A DNA stretch of 64,000 nucleotides from an uncultured Candidatus Saccharibacteria bacterium (lineage in GTDB: Bacteria; Patescibacteriota; Doudnabacteria; UBA920): NCBI GenBank assembly GCA_964532425.1, contig CAZHIA010000001.1, positions 44,889 through 108,888 of the forward strand, written 5' to 3'. The notes beneath the pieces were generated by a model. The model worked only from the letters and a program-made list of their open reading frames with translations. It was not told the origin of the DNA and ran no database searches. Position numbers and translations under genes: made by a program. Shown piece after piece: positions 54,372 to 63,455 of the stretch. Each line of letters begins with the position of its first letter. The first letter of the stretch is position 1.

Positions 54372-54779
54372 ATGGCTGAACTGTTTGTGTTGGCATTGCT
54401 GGGCCATTTGGTTGGTGATTATTTGCTGCAAAGCAAACGCATGGCCTTGGGAAAATCCCAAGAGGGGATCGCGGGAATTGGATGGTGTGCTTTCCATGTT
54501 GCACTCTACACCGCAGCAGTTGCCGTATTCTGGCAGCGGTTCGATCTCGTGACGTTGCTGCTCATCTTCGTACCGCACTTTGTGATGGATCGGTATTCAC
54601 TGGGGAGTGCATGGCTGAAACTGATCCGCGGCCGGACGTTCGAGTCGGCCTACACCTCGACCGACAAATACCGCGAGTTCGACATTGCCTTTACCTGTCT
54701 GGTCTACGCGGTGGTTGACAATACCTTCCACTTGCTGTCGCTGTGGGCGGTAGCAAAATTCTGGTTACTCAGGAGCTGA
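54372..54779 (+). CDS. DUF3307 family membrane protein
   Basis: HLVGDYLLQ motif; GGAGGA RBS. Confidence 0.65.
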   Translation: MAELFVLALLGHLVGDYLLQSKRMALGKSQEGIAGIGWCAFHVALYTAAVAVFWQRFDLVTLLLIFVPHFVMDRYSLGSAWLKLIRGRTFESAYTSTDKYREFDIAFTCLVYAVVDNTFHLLSLWAVAKFWLLRS

Positions 54780-54780
54780 T

Positions 54781-55272
54781 ATGGCACGCACAATCGCTGT
54801 TTTTCCGGGCACATTTGACCCTCCGCATCTGGGACATCTCGACACGCTGAATCAGGCTGTTGCCACCTTCGACCAGGTCTATTGGGTGGTAGGCACTTCC
54901 GGTGCCAAGGTCCCTATGTTTCCTTTGCCGGCCCGTACGGCCATGATGCTTGCTATGGCCGAGAAGCATCCGGACGCTTCCAAAATCGTCGTGGCCGACT
55001 TCCCGGACCTGTTGGTTGACTATGCGGATTCGGTCGGGGCGACTCACATTGTGCGCAGCTTGCGCATGGGTACGGATTTCGAGTTTGAATATCCCATGAC
55101 CCTGACGAATCGCCATATGAAACCAGGGTTGATAACGGTCTACTTTCCGGCTTTCCAAGAGCACATGCACATCAGTTCCACCGCGGTGCGGGAATTGATT
55201 CGCCTCGGGAAAGACCCGGAATTCATGGTCGGACCGACTATTGCCCAGATGATCAGAGTGGCAGCGCGGTGA
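54781..55272 (+). CDS. coaD: phosphopantetheine adenylyltransferase
   Basis: PGTFDPPHLGHLD (H/TxGH), SLRMGTDFEFEYPMTLTNRHM, ISSTAVRELIRLGKD; 163 aa. Confidence 0.75.
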   Translation: MARTIAVFPGTFDPPHLGHLDTLNQAVATFDQVYWVVGTSGAKVPMFPLPARTAMMLAMAEKHPDASKIVVADFPDLLVDYADSVGATHIVRSLRMGTDFEFEYPMTLTNRHMKPGLITVYFPAFQEHMHISSTAVRELIRLGKDPEFMVGPTIAQMIRVAAR

Positions 55273-55281
55273 ACAACGCCT

Positions 55282-55311
55282 GGCGTTCCCTTCGGGGAAC
55301 GCTTTTATTTT
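55282..55311 (+). terminator. rho-independent terminator
   Basis: GCGTTCCC-ttcg-GGGAACGC followed by TTTTATTTT. Confidence 0.7.
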
Positions 55312-55642
55312 ATAATATCCTTGATGGAAATCTTCCTGAGGTATGCGCTCAGCGTTATATCCGCGTAGAAATCCGCGATAGATCAGCGGTTAGATCTATC
55401 GGTATTTTGGTCGCTTGCGAAATTAAAGTGGGTTGTGGATAATAAGTATTCTTGCGAGTTTTCGGGCACTTGACAGGTTTTTGAAAGCGGTTTAATATGT
55501 GTATGTAATACACTAATTGGACGTCAGACAGCGTAGGTTGTCATTGCGAGTGAAGCCGAAGCAATCTTCTGATGGGGGAAAGATTGCTTCGGCTAAAAGA
55601 TAAAGCCCTTTTAGGCTCGCAATGACAAGGAGAAGAGAAGAC

Positions 55643-56317
55643 ATGAAGACTATTACCCAAAAATATGAGTTTGCCGTAATAGCTACCGATGTGGTCATTT
55701 TTACGGTCAAAGACGGCCAGCTCCAGGTTCTGCTCATCAAAATGAAAAAGGCTCCGTTTACGGGCAAGTGGGCGGTACCGGGTGGGTTGGTTCGGGGTAA
55801 TGAATCGGTGGAAGCTGCGGCTCTGCGGCAGCTGCTCAGTAAGACCGGGGTAGGCGACGTGTATTTGGAGCAGCTCTATACTTTTGGCGACGTTGGACGG
55901 GATCCGTTTGGGCGGGTGGTCTCCGTAGCTTATTTTGCCTTAATTCCGAATGCGGGCATGAAAATTTTTACCACAGACGAATACGAGGATATTGCCTGGT
56001 TCCCGGTCAACAAGCTGCCGGTCTTGGCTTACGATCATGACAAAGTCATCAAGACCGCTGTCTCGCGCCTGCGCAGCAAGCTGGAATATACTAACGTAGT
56101 CTATAGCCTCTTGCCGGCAAATTTCACTCTGAGCGAACTGCAGGAAGCATATGAAGTCATTTTGGGCCGGAAGCTGGATAAGCGCAATTTTCGCAAGAAG
56201 ATCTTGTCTTTAGGGCTCATTAAAAAGACTGGCAAGAAGCGCCTCGGGGGAGTGGGCCAGCCAGCAGAGTTGTTCTGCTTTGCCAAACGCAAGCCGCAGA
56301 ACGTGGAGATGTTGTAA
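55643..56317 (+). CDS. NrtR-like regulator (Nudix-like domain with a degenerate Nudix box, plus C-terminal winged helix)
   Basis: GGLVRGNESVEAAALRQLLSKTG (REx2EE degenerate); C-terminus ...FTLSELQEAYEVILGRKLDKRNFRKKIL; AAGGAGA RBS. Confidence 0.55.
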   Translation: MKTITQKYEFAVIATDVVIFTVKDGQLQVLLIKMKKAPFTGKWAVPGGLVRGNESVEAAALRQLLSKTGVGDVYLEQLYTFGDVGRDPFGRVVSVAYFALIPNAGMKIFTTDEYEDIAWFPVNKLPVLAYDHDKVIKTAVSRLRSKLEYTNVVYSLLPANFTLSELQEAYEVILGRKLDKRNFRKKILSLGLIKKTGKKRLGGVGQPAELFCFAKRKPQNVEML

Positions 56318-56326
56318 AGCTTGAAA

Positions 56327-56402
56327 AAACATTTAACCTTTAACAATTGACCTTTGACCGGTTCGATTAAGTTAAATGTCAATGGTCATATGTCAAATGT
56401 TG
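56327..56402. promoter_or_regulatory. second copy of the TTGACC/GGTCAA palindromic element ending in TGTCAAATGTT
   Basis: AACATTTAACCTTTAACAATTGACCTTTGACC...AAATGTCAATGGTCATATGTCAAATGTT; homologous to 2531-2612. Confidence 0.5.
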
Positions 56403-56771
56403 GCCCCCTATATTTTTTTCTTCTTAATTAGTGTAAAAAATACACCATATGTAAACTATCCATTGGGTATGTCATTGCGAGGAGTACAATCGATCGAAGA
56501 TCCGCCATATCCGTCTTGGCGGAGGAGGCGGACAAAGCAATCTTTATTTTTTACTCTTTGTTCATGGGTAGGAAAGATTGCCACGCTCGGATGCACCTGC
56601 CTACCGGCAGGTAGGCTCGCTCGCAATGACAGATAAGTCGCAGGTTTTGCCAGGGAGCCTTTGGGCCACTGCTTGATGTCGCGTTGGGCAGCGGTATCCA
56701 TGGGCTCCCCGGCAAGCCCTGCCTCAAAAGCAGAGCCTGAAGCAGTACCTTGTTTGGCATAAGGAGGAACT

Positions 56772-57659
56772 ATGTTAGGTTTAGGATACTACCGTCCCCA
56801 TTCGACGACGGATTTCGTCGCCAAGTTTGTGGAAGGGAAGCTGCGCAGCCAAGGCCAGGGTAAGCCGTTCTTTTACGGCCCCCGCACTTCCATTGCCCGC
56901 GTGCCCACCACCGAACAGGCCATTACGTTCCTGTTCCGTGAAGCGACGAGCGACAGCCAGCAGCTGGTTGTCCAGGGTACGTGCTACGTGAAGTTCGATC
57001 CCGCCCGGCTCATCCAGCGGTACGATTTCACCATCAACCCGGTGCGCGACGCGTACGTGGATGCCGATGTACTGGAACGGATCAAGAACGAGATTCGGTC
57101 CCAGCTGCAGCAGTATGTTCGCGAACAGGTTCAGGACAAGGAGTTGGAAGAGCATATGGCCAATACCGCCGTGCTTGACCAGTCCATCAGCTCCTCGGCA
57201 ACAGCCGGCAAAGAAAAGTTTGCCGCGCTCGGCGCGCTCGACCTTCGGCTGTTCGTCAGCGGTATCGAGCCGGGTAACAAAGACCTGCAAAAGGCTTTGG
57301 AAGCCAAAAAGCGCGAAGATCTGCTGTCGCAGGCTGACCGCGCCCAGGCCGATCGCCACAAGGCTGCCGCTGAGAACCAGCGGGAGCTGCGCGAGTACGA
57401 ATCGGAGACCGAGCTGATCATGGAGAAAAAGCGCGAAGAGCTGATCGCCGTGCAGAACGGCAACTTGGTCAAGGAAGCTGAAGCGCAGGCCGAAGCATCG
57501 TCCAAAAAACTGGGACCCTACGTGAACCTCGAGCCTTCGCTCGTATTTGCCCTGGCGCTCCAGGAACTCGCCCGCGAAGGCCATGTCGGCCAGCTCAACA
57601 TCAGTCCCGATCTGCTGACCGCGCTGCAGCACGCCACTAATGGCAGTGTGCGGTCATAA
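56772..57659 (+). CDS. SPFH/band-7 (flotillin-like) domain protein, putative, with a coiled-coil C-terminus
   Basis: AGGAGG RBS; beta/alpha N-terminal domain followed by an EA/Q-rich coiled coil (QADRAQADRHKAAAENQRELREYESE...). Confidence 0.45.
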   Translation: MLGLGYYRPHSTTDFVAKFVEGKLRSQGQGKPFFYGPRTSIARVPTTEQAITFLFREATSDSQQLVVQGTCYVKFDPARLIQRYDFTINPVRDAYVDADVLERIKNEIRSQLQQYVREQVQDKELEEHMANTAVLDQSISSSATAGKEKFAALGALDLRLFVSGIEPGNKDLQKALEAKKREDLLSQADRAQADRHKAAAENQRELREYESETELIMEKKREELIAVQNGNLVKEAEAQAEASSKKLGPYVNLEPSLVFALALQELAREGHVGQLNISPDLLTALQHATNGSVRS

Positions 57660-57671
57660 GGAGCAATCCAT

Positions 57672-58592
57672 ATGTTCGAACGTATCGTTGTCGTGACGAA
57701 GAAGACGCCGCTCGAGGAACTCCTCGAGCGGCACTACAGCAGGGAACAGGCTGCGTTCTTTCTGAAAAGCCGCGGCAACGACATTGCGGCATATGAGGCA
57801 GTGCATGCCCGGTACCAATCATCACTCCAGTACCTGCTCTCCGCGCTACCTGAAACCGTTCCAAACCACCGCATCGAACGCGGTTCAGTCGCCAGTTTTT
57901 TATTCCGGGCGACAGATCTCATTATCGCGATCGGACCGGACGGGCTGGTGGCTAATGTCGCCAAGTATGCGGCTGGTCAGCCTATTCTTGCGGTGAATCC
58001 CGACCCGGCCAACATTGACGGCGTCCTGGTAAGGTTCCAAGTTCAGGAGGTTATCCGGATATTGCCCGAAATTTTGCGCGAGAAATATTCCGTCGATGAA
58101 TTGACGCTCGCGGAAGCGACTACCAATGACGGCCAGCGCCTGCTGGCCGTCAATGACTTCCTGGTGGGCCGCCGTGACCAGATCTCGGCCCGTTACACTA
58201 TTGAATTCGCCGGTTGCCGCGAGCGGCAGTCCAGCAGTGGCATTTTGGTCTCGACCGGGGTTGGTTCCAGCGGTTGGCTGTCCTCCGTGGCCGGCCAGAT
58301 AGAACGGCTTTCCGGTTGCCGGCCTGTCATAGCAGGGGAGAATATCCCGTTTTCTTGGCAGGCTAAACATCTGGTATTCGTGGTCCGCGAACCATTCGCC
58401 TCACGCTCCACCGGGACCGGGATTGTCTGTGAGAAGATTACCGGGTCCCTACCGCTGACCGTCTATTCCGAAATGCCGGAAGGTGGCGTCGTCTTTTCCG
58501 ACGGCGTTCCGGAAGATGCGTTGGAATTCAACTCGGGAAGTGTCCTAACTATTAGCCTTGCATCCCAGCGAGCTCGGCTCATTGCCATATAA
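57672..58592 (+). CDS. ATP-NAD kinase family (NAD kinase-like) protein, divergent
   Basis: DLIIAIGPDGLVANV (GGDG-like), NDFLV (NE/D motif), GILVSTGVGSSGWLSSVAG (DGxxxSTxxGSTAYS-like). Confidence 0.5.
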   Translation: MFERIVVVTKKTPLEELLERHYSREQAAFFLKSRGNDIAAYEAVHARYQSSLQYLLSALPETVPNHRIERGSVASFLFRATDLIIAIGPDGLVANVAKYAAGQPILAVNPDPANIDGVLVRFQVQEVIRILPEILREKYSVDELTLAEATTNDGQRLLAVNDFLVGRRDQISARYTIEFAGCRERQSSSGILVSTGVGSSGWLSSVAGQIERLSGCRPVIAGENIPFSWQAKHLVFVVREPFASRSTGTGIVCEKITGSLPLTVYSEMPEGGVVFSDGVPEDALEFNSGSVLTISLASQRARLIAI

Positions 58593-58698
58593 TCAAATAC
58601 TGCGGCAGTATTACATACTGCCGCAGTTCCGCTTTAAATCCTGTTGTAAAGAAAAGAACGCCGAGAATTATTCCCGGCGCTCGAGCTGCACTCTGCTT

Positions 58699-59178
58699 TT
58701 ATTCGATCCAGACGATGATCCCTTCCTTGGGATCCATCTCGTAATCCGACGGTTCCCGTCCCATAACGTTCCGAAACAACTCAAGGAATAACGGTTTGAA
58801 CGCCGTGCTCAGTGTTGGCCTTGATTCCCGCATGAAGCTTTCGCTGTTTCTGAATCTGCCCCACAGTCTAATAGCGCTCAGGATATCGAACTCCTTTCCT
58901 TTGAAAAAGCTTTTGTCATCGGGGAAAATTGGCCCGAGGAATTTGTGGTGGACGCGGCATGCCAGACCTTTCCAGATGTCAAATTTACCTTCGTTTATGA
59001 CGAGAATGCAATCTTCGCCTTCACACTTGCACTTTTTCAAATCGGAATTTCCGTGACTGAGAGGGACTTCTTCGGCGGTCTCGTAGAGGGTGGCGAGCAT
59101 TAATTCGCTCGTCCCGTAGTACCGGCCGTAGAGTCGGAAACCGTCTTTGAAGACAACCTCGGTTGGATAGTGTGCCAT
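58699..59178 (-). CDS. hypothetical protein
   Basis: AGGAGG RBS on the minus strand before ATG 59178; divergent from the phosphatase-kinase operon. Confidence 0.5.
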   Translation of the reverse strand: MAHYPTEVVFKDGFRLYGRYYGTSELMLATLYETAEEVPLSHGNSDLKKCKCEGEDCILVINEGKFDIWKGLACRVHHKFLGPIFPDDKSFFKGKEFDILSAIRLWGRFRNSESFMRESRPTLSTAFKPLFLELFRNVMGREPSDYEMDPKEGIIVWIE

Positions 59179-59277
59179 ATTTTCCTCCTGAAATCGTAAT
59201 GAAAATGTTGACCACATACTATACATTAATATGTTAATTTTGTCAAATGTTTCAACGTTTTTATAATAATTAATCTC

Positions 59278-59306
59278 TTGACAATAAGTGGTTTGTTATG
59301 TATACT
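59278..59306 (+). promoter_or_regulatory. consensus-like sigma70 promoter with a ~170-nt structured leader
   Basis: TTGACA, 17-nt spacer, TATACT. The leader contains the GCAAGAG...CTCTTGC hairpin. A second TTGTCA-16-TATAAT promoter at 59240-59267 overlaps a TGTCAAATGTT copy. Confidence 0.6.
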
Positions 59307-59473
59307 CCTAGGTCAACAAAAATTGAGAAAAGCAAGAGGCCAGGGACTTGGAGTCACAACGCGACCACTCTAAGTCTCTTGCCTTATGCCCAAAAAGCTT
59401 TAAGACAAGAACGAACCTTAAAAATTTGCTCTCACTCGATTTACGCAGTTAGTTTAGAATCAGGAGGTAACGG

Positions 59474-60358
59474 ATGCCCCAGCAATACCAGGAGTTTGAA
59501 ATAGCCGGTGGCAGCATTGTGGGAACGGACCATGTCGGACCGCCCCAGCTGCTGCTCGGTAAGAATAACCAGGATGCGTACGCCATCGTAGACCAGCCGA
59601 CCTATAAGATCGGTATCGTGTGCGACGGCTGCGGATCTGGATCCCATAGCGAAGCTGGCTCCCAGTTAGGCGCCATCCAAATTGCGACCGCTCTCGACAA
59701 TTGCCTGGTCCGGCAAGGCTTCGGTTCCCTAAGCTTTGAACAAGCTGAAGGTTCCGTCGCCATGATGCTGGAACGGGTGCGTCAGGACGTTCTCGCACAT
59801 TTGCGCATACAAGCGCTGACCATGGGGAGCAGCCTGTCTAAGACTGTGAACGAATATTTTCTGTTCACGGCCGTAGGCGCGGTTTTGACCCAAGGTTGGA
59901 CGGCGATTTTCACTCACGGCGACGGAGTGTTCCGCCTCAACGGAGAGGAAGTGTTCATTCCTCCCGAGGAGGGGAACCAGCCGCTGTACATGGCCTACGC
60001 CCTCACCGGATCTTCATTGACGGATACCAGGCCGGAACTGCTTCAGTTCCGCATTCACCGTTTGATCAAGACCTGGAACGTCAACGACATTGTCATCGGT
60101 TCCGACGGTGCGGCAGACTTCGCCTCGATCGCCAACAAAATCGTTCCCGGCAAACAGGAGCCGGCAGGAGACCTGTCCCAGTTTTTAGCGGACAAGTACT
60201 TTGCCATTCCTGATGCCATCCGCAGAAGACTCGCCATGATCAATACCCGCAGAACTCGCATGAATAGCGAGCGAAACGGACTATCGATCGAGAATGGCCT
60301 TCTGCCGGACGATACGACTGTTGTCGCTATCCGGCGCAAGCCGGCCCAGGAGGGCTGA
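59474..60358 (+). CDS. PP2C-family (PPM) Ser/Thr protein phosphatase
   Basis: NQDAYAI...IGIVCDGCGSGSHSEAGS metal-binding motifs; AGGAGG RBS. Confidence 0.7.
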   Translation: MPQQYQEFEIAGGSIVGTDHVGPPQLLLGKNNQDAYAIVDQPTYKIGIVCDGCGSGSHSEAGSQLGAIQIATALDNCLVRQGFGSLSFEQAEGSVAMMLERVRQDVLAHLRIQALTMGSSLSKTVNEYFLFTAVGAVLTQGWTAIFTHGDGVFRLNGEEVFIPPEEGNQPLYMAYALTGSSLTDTRPELLQFRIHRLIKTWNVNDIVIGSDGAADFASIANKIVPGKQEPAGDLSQFLADKYFAIPDAIRRRLAMINTRRTRMNSERNGLSIENGLLPDDTTVVAIRRKPAQEG

Positions 60359-60359
60359 G

Positions 60360-62231
60360 ATGTACGTCTATATCAACGGCAAGCGCCTCAATCTCGATCC
60401 GACGAAGTCGATCGGCAAAGGCGGCGAAGCTGACGTGTATGACATCGGCTCCGGGCTGGCAGGCAAGATCTTCAAGACTCCGGACCATCCGGATTTTGAG
60501 AACCAGCCGGTCGAACAGCATGCCGCAAAGATGCGCCTGGAAGAACATCAGCGAAAACTGCCGGCTTTCCCCAAAGGACTGCCGGAAACCGTGATCACGC
60601 CGCAGGACCTGCTCAAAAACCAGGCCGGCGACCGCATTCATGGTTACACCATGAAGTTCATTCGGGGCGCTGAACTCTTGCTCCGTTATTCGCAGCAGGA
60701 TTTCCGCCAGGCCGGCGTTTCGAGCAATGAGGTAGTAGAAGTCTTTCGAAATCTGCACACAACCGTCGACGGCATTCATAAAGCCAAGGCGGTGATCGGC
60801 GATTTCAACGACCTTAACTGCCTGGTGCTCAACAAGCAGGTTTACATTATCGATGCCGACAGTTTTGCGTTCGAGCAGTTCCCGTGCCGGGTGTTTACCC
60901 AGCGCTTTGTCGACCCGACCCTTTGCGATCCGAACGCGAACGCTCCGCTGCTGATGCAGCCGCACAACGACAATTCCGATTGGTACGCTTTTAGCGTAAT
61001 GCTCATGCAGTCGCTTCTGTTTGTCGATCCGTATGGCGGTATGTACCGTCCGAAGGATCCATCCAAACGAATTCCGCATGACAAGCGGCCGCTGCTGCGC
61101 GTAACCGTATTCGATCCGGAAGTGAGGTATCCGAAGCCGGCCATCCCGTATGGCAGGCTGCCGGACGACCTTCTTCAGTACTATCATAAGCTGCTCAAGG
61201 AAGATGCGCGCGGAACTTTTCCGTTCAAGCTGCTCCAGCAGCTCCGGTGGACCGTCTGTACCCAGTGCGGCACCGAGCATGCGCGAGGCGCTTGTCCGGA
61301 GTGCAAGTTCGCGGCCCCCGGGGCGGTGAAAGAGGTGACTCAGGTGCACGGCCAGGTTATTATCAGCAGAATTTTTACCACGCCGGGCACTATTCTGTAC
61401 TCTACCGTGCAGAAAGGGAAGCTTTTGTGGTTATACCATGAGAGCGACCAGTTCAAGCGGGAAGGTAATGTTGCCGTGCTGCCCGGGGAACTGGACCGCA
61501 ACCTGCGGTTTAGGATCCAGGGGCAGTCGACATTGCTCGGCAAAGGCAACACGATGGTCACTCTGACCCCGGACAAGCCTCCTTCACGGACCATGATCGA
61601 AAGCGTGGGAACGCTCCCGGTCTTTGACGCCAATAGCCAATTCAGTTATTGGATAGAGAACGGCCGGCTCATGCGGAGCGGTGAGTATGCTTCCGAGTAT
61701 CTCGGCGATGTTCTTTCCGGCCAGACCCTGTTCTGGGCCGGGGAGCGTGTCGGTTTCGGTTTTTACCGCGCCGGCAACCTCTGCGTGTTCTTTGTGTTCG
61801 ACGCCAAGAATCCGGGCATTAATGACCGGGTCAAGCTGCCGGTCCCGAAAGGCCAGCTGGTCGATGCGTATTGTCTGTTCTCAAGCGGGAGAATTTGGTT
61901 TTTCCTCTCTACGCGCGAAGCCGGCAAAACCATTAACCAGTGCATGGTCCTGAAGGAGAACGGCGAGCTGGAGGCGAGCGCCTCTCAGGAAGAAGGCTCA
62001 AATGGCTGGTTGTCTACATTGCGCGGCAAGTGTGCAACCGGCAATCTGCTATTTGCCCCCACGGACGAAGGAATCGTGCGCGTGGAACCGAAAGGCGGCA
62101 GCCTGGAAGTTACGAGCCGGTTCCCTGATACGGAACCGTTTGTGAATTCCGGCAGCCAGATGCATGTTGGCGCTGATGGATTGTATATCGTCGGCTCCAA
62201 AGAGATCGTTCGCCTGCAACTCAAGAAGTAG
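60360..62231 (+). CDS. Ser/Thr protein kinase-like protein with a zinc ribbon and a large C-terminal beta-rich domain
   Basis: Gly-rich loop IGKGGEADVYDI, Lys AGKIFK, catalytic-loop-like IGDFNDLNCLV, DFG-like IIDADSFAF. CxxC...CPEC. Start 2 bp after the phosphatase stop. Confidence 0.65.
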   Translation: MYVYINGKRLNLDPTKSIGKGGEADVYDIGSGLAGKIFKTPDHPDFENQPVEQHAAKMRLEEHQRKLPAFPKGLPETVITPQDLLKNQAGDRIHGYTMKFIRGAELLLRYSQQDFRQAGVSSNEVVEVFRNLHTTVDGIHKAKAVIGDFNDLNCLVLNKQVYIIDADSFAFEQFPCRVFTQRFVDPTLCDPNANAPLLMQPHNDNSDWYAFSVMLMQSLLFVDPYGGMYRPKDPSKRIPHDKRPLLRVTVFDPEVRYPKPAIPYGRLPDDLLQYYHKLLKEDARGTFPFKLLQQLRWTVCTQCGTEHARGACPECKFAAPGAVKEVTQVHGQVIISRIFTTPGTILYSTVQKGKLLWLYHESDQFKREGNVAVLPGELDRNLRFRIQGQSTLLGKGNTMVTLTPDKPPSRTMIESVGTLPVFDANSQFSYWIENGRLMRSGEYASEYLGDVLSGQTLFWAGERVGFGFYRAGNLCVFFVFDAKNPGINDRVKLPVPKGQLVDAYCLFSSGRIWFFLSTREAGKTINQCMVLKENGELEASASQEEGSNGWLSTLRGKCATGNLLFAPTDEGIVRVEPKGGSLEVTSRFPDTEPFVNSGSQMHVGADGLYIVGSKEIVRLQLKK

Positions 62232-62335
62232 CGGGTTGCGGCAGAATTCCTTCTGTACTATTTTAGCGGCCTTGGCAACAGCCGGGTCGTAAGCAATTGC
62301 GTAAATCCATTCAAACAAAAAAAAGGAGAGAAGTT

Positions 62336-63400
62336 ATGACGACTTCCACGAAGTCTAATGTTATTGCGATCAATGAGTTTCCGCCGCATTACAACCCGGC
62401 GAACTCCCGCAAAGCCGACTACCAGGCGAACCCGACTCAACTGCAGAAGGCGGCTGAGGACTGGAAGAAGCGGTTCGGCCTGAAGCCGGTGGCCAGCGAC
62501 CAGAACCAGATCGTCGTGCTCGATATCGATGACCAGGGTGATTTCGACTTTCCGTCGGGCTCCTTGTTCGTCGCCGGGCGCAGCGGTACTGGTGCAATGG
62601 ATGCCATGCGTCGCCGCGTCGAATTCGGCTATCGCTACATGGCAAACATCTCGGAATGGATCGACACGATGGACAGCCATCTGCCATACCAGGTGTTCTA
62701 CGGCAGTGCCCATATGACGCGCGACGGCGAGCTGGTTCAGCCCAATACCATGATCTCGGCTGACGAATACAAGGGTGGCGTGTACCGGCCCAATCCGGCC
62801 ATGGCTGCCCAGATCGGTGCAGACACGAATTGGCTCCACCGTCAGTGGATCCATTACTGCGAGCGGCTCGAAGAAAGCGGCAAGTATAAGCTCTTCATTT
62901 GGCCGTACCACTGCATGATCGGTTCACCCGGCCATCGCCTGGCAGGCCTGACCGAAGAGTTCCGCCTGTTCCATTCGTTCGCCCGCGGCGCTGCCAATAA
63001 TCCCGAGATCAAGGGCGGCAACCCGCTAACCGAACATTACAGCATTTTCGCTCCCGAAGTGACCACGACGTGGGACGGCAAAACCATCCCCGGCGCGCAA
63101 AAGAACACCCGGCTCATTAACCGGCTGCTCCGCGCGCACCGTGTGTTCATCATCGGCGAGGCGGCGAGCCACTGCGTGCGCACGAGCATCGCCGACCTGC
63201 TGACCGAGATCAAAGCGGTCGATATCAAGCTGGCCCAGAAAGTGGTCATCTTGCGCGACTGCACTGCTGCAGTGGTTATCCCGAACGTGGTTGACTTCAC
63301 TGACGAGGCCGAGAAGGCGCTGCAGGAGTTCCAGGATGCCGGCATGAACGTGGTCAGCTCCACGGACTATGGCCGCATTGAGGAATTGATGGCGGCGTAA
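62336..63400 (+). CDS. isochorismatase-family (cysteine hydrolase / nicotinamidase-like) protein, extended
   Basis: VVLDIDDQGDF..PSGSLFVAG ... DSH ... VFIIGEAASHCVRTS (D-K-C triad context); AAGGAGAG RBS. Confidence 0.55.
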   Translation: MTTSTKSNVIAINEFPPHYNPANSRKADYQANPTQLQKAAEDWKKRFGLKPVASDQNQIVVLDIDDQGDFDFPSGSLFVAGRSGTGAMDAMRRRVEFGYRYMANISEWIDTMDSHLPYQVFYGSAHMTRDGELVQPNTMISADEYKGGVYRPNPAMAAQIGADTNWLHRQWIHYCERLEESGKYKLFIWPYHCMIGSPGHRLAGLTEEFRLFHSFARGAANNPEIKGGNPLTEHYSIFAPEVTTTWDGKTIPGAQKNTRLINRLLRAHRVFIIGEAASHCVRTSIADLLTEIKAVDIKLAQKVVILRDCTAAVVIPNVVDFTDEAEKALQEFQDAGMNVVSSTDYGRIEELMAA

Positions 63401-63455
63401 CAGCCGATCAAGATTTCAGAACCGACCGAAAACCAGACCGTACAGGAGATTGAAA

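Noticed and set aside
54781-55272. NadD (nicotinate-nucleotide adenylyltransferase) as an alternative to CoaD
   Set aside because: The N-terminal PPHLGHL is NadD-like. But the 163-aa length and the SLRMGTDFEFEY..NRHM..ISSTAVRE C-terminal blocks match CoaD. I call it coaD with moderate confidence.
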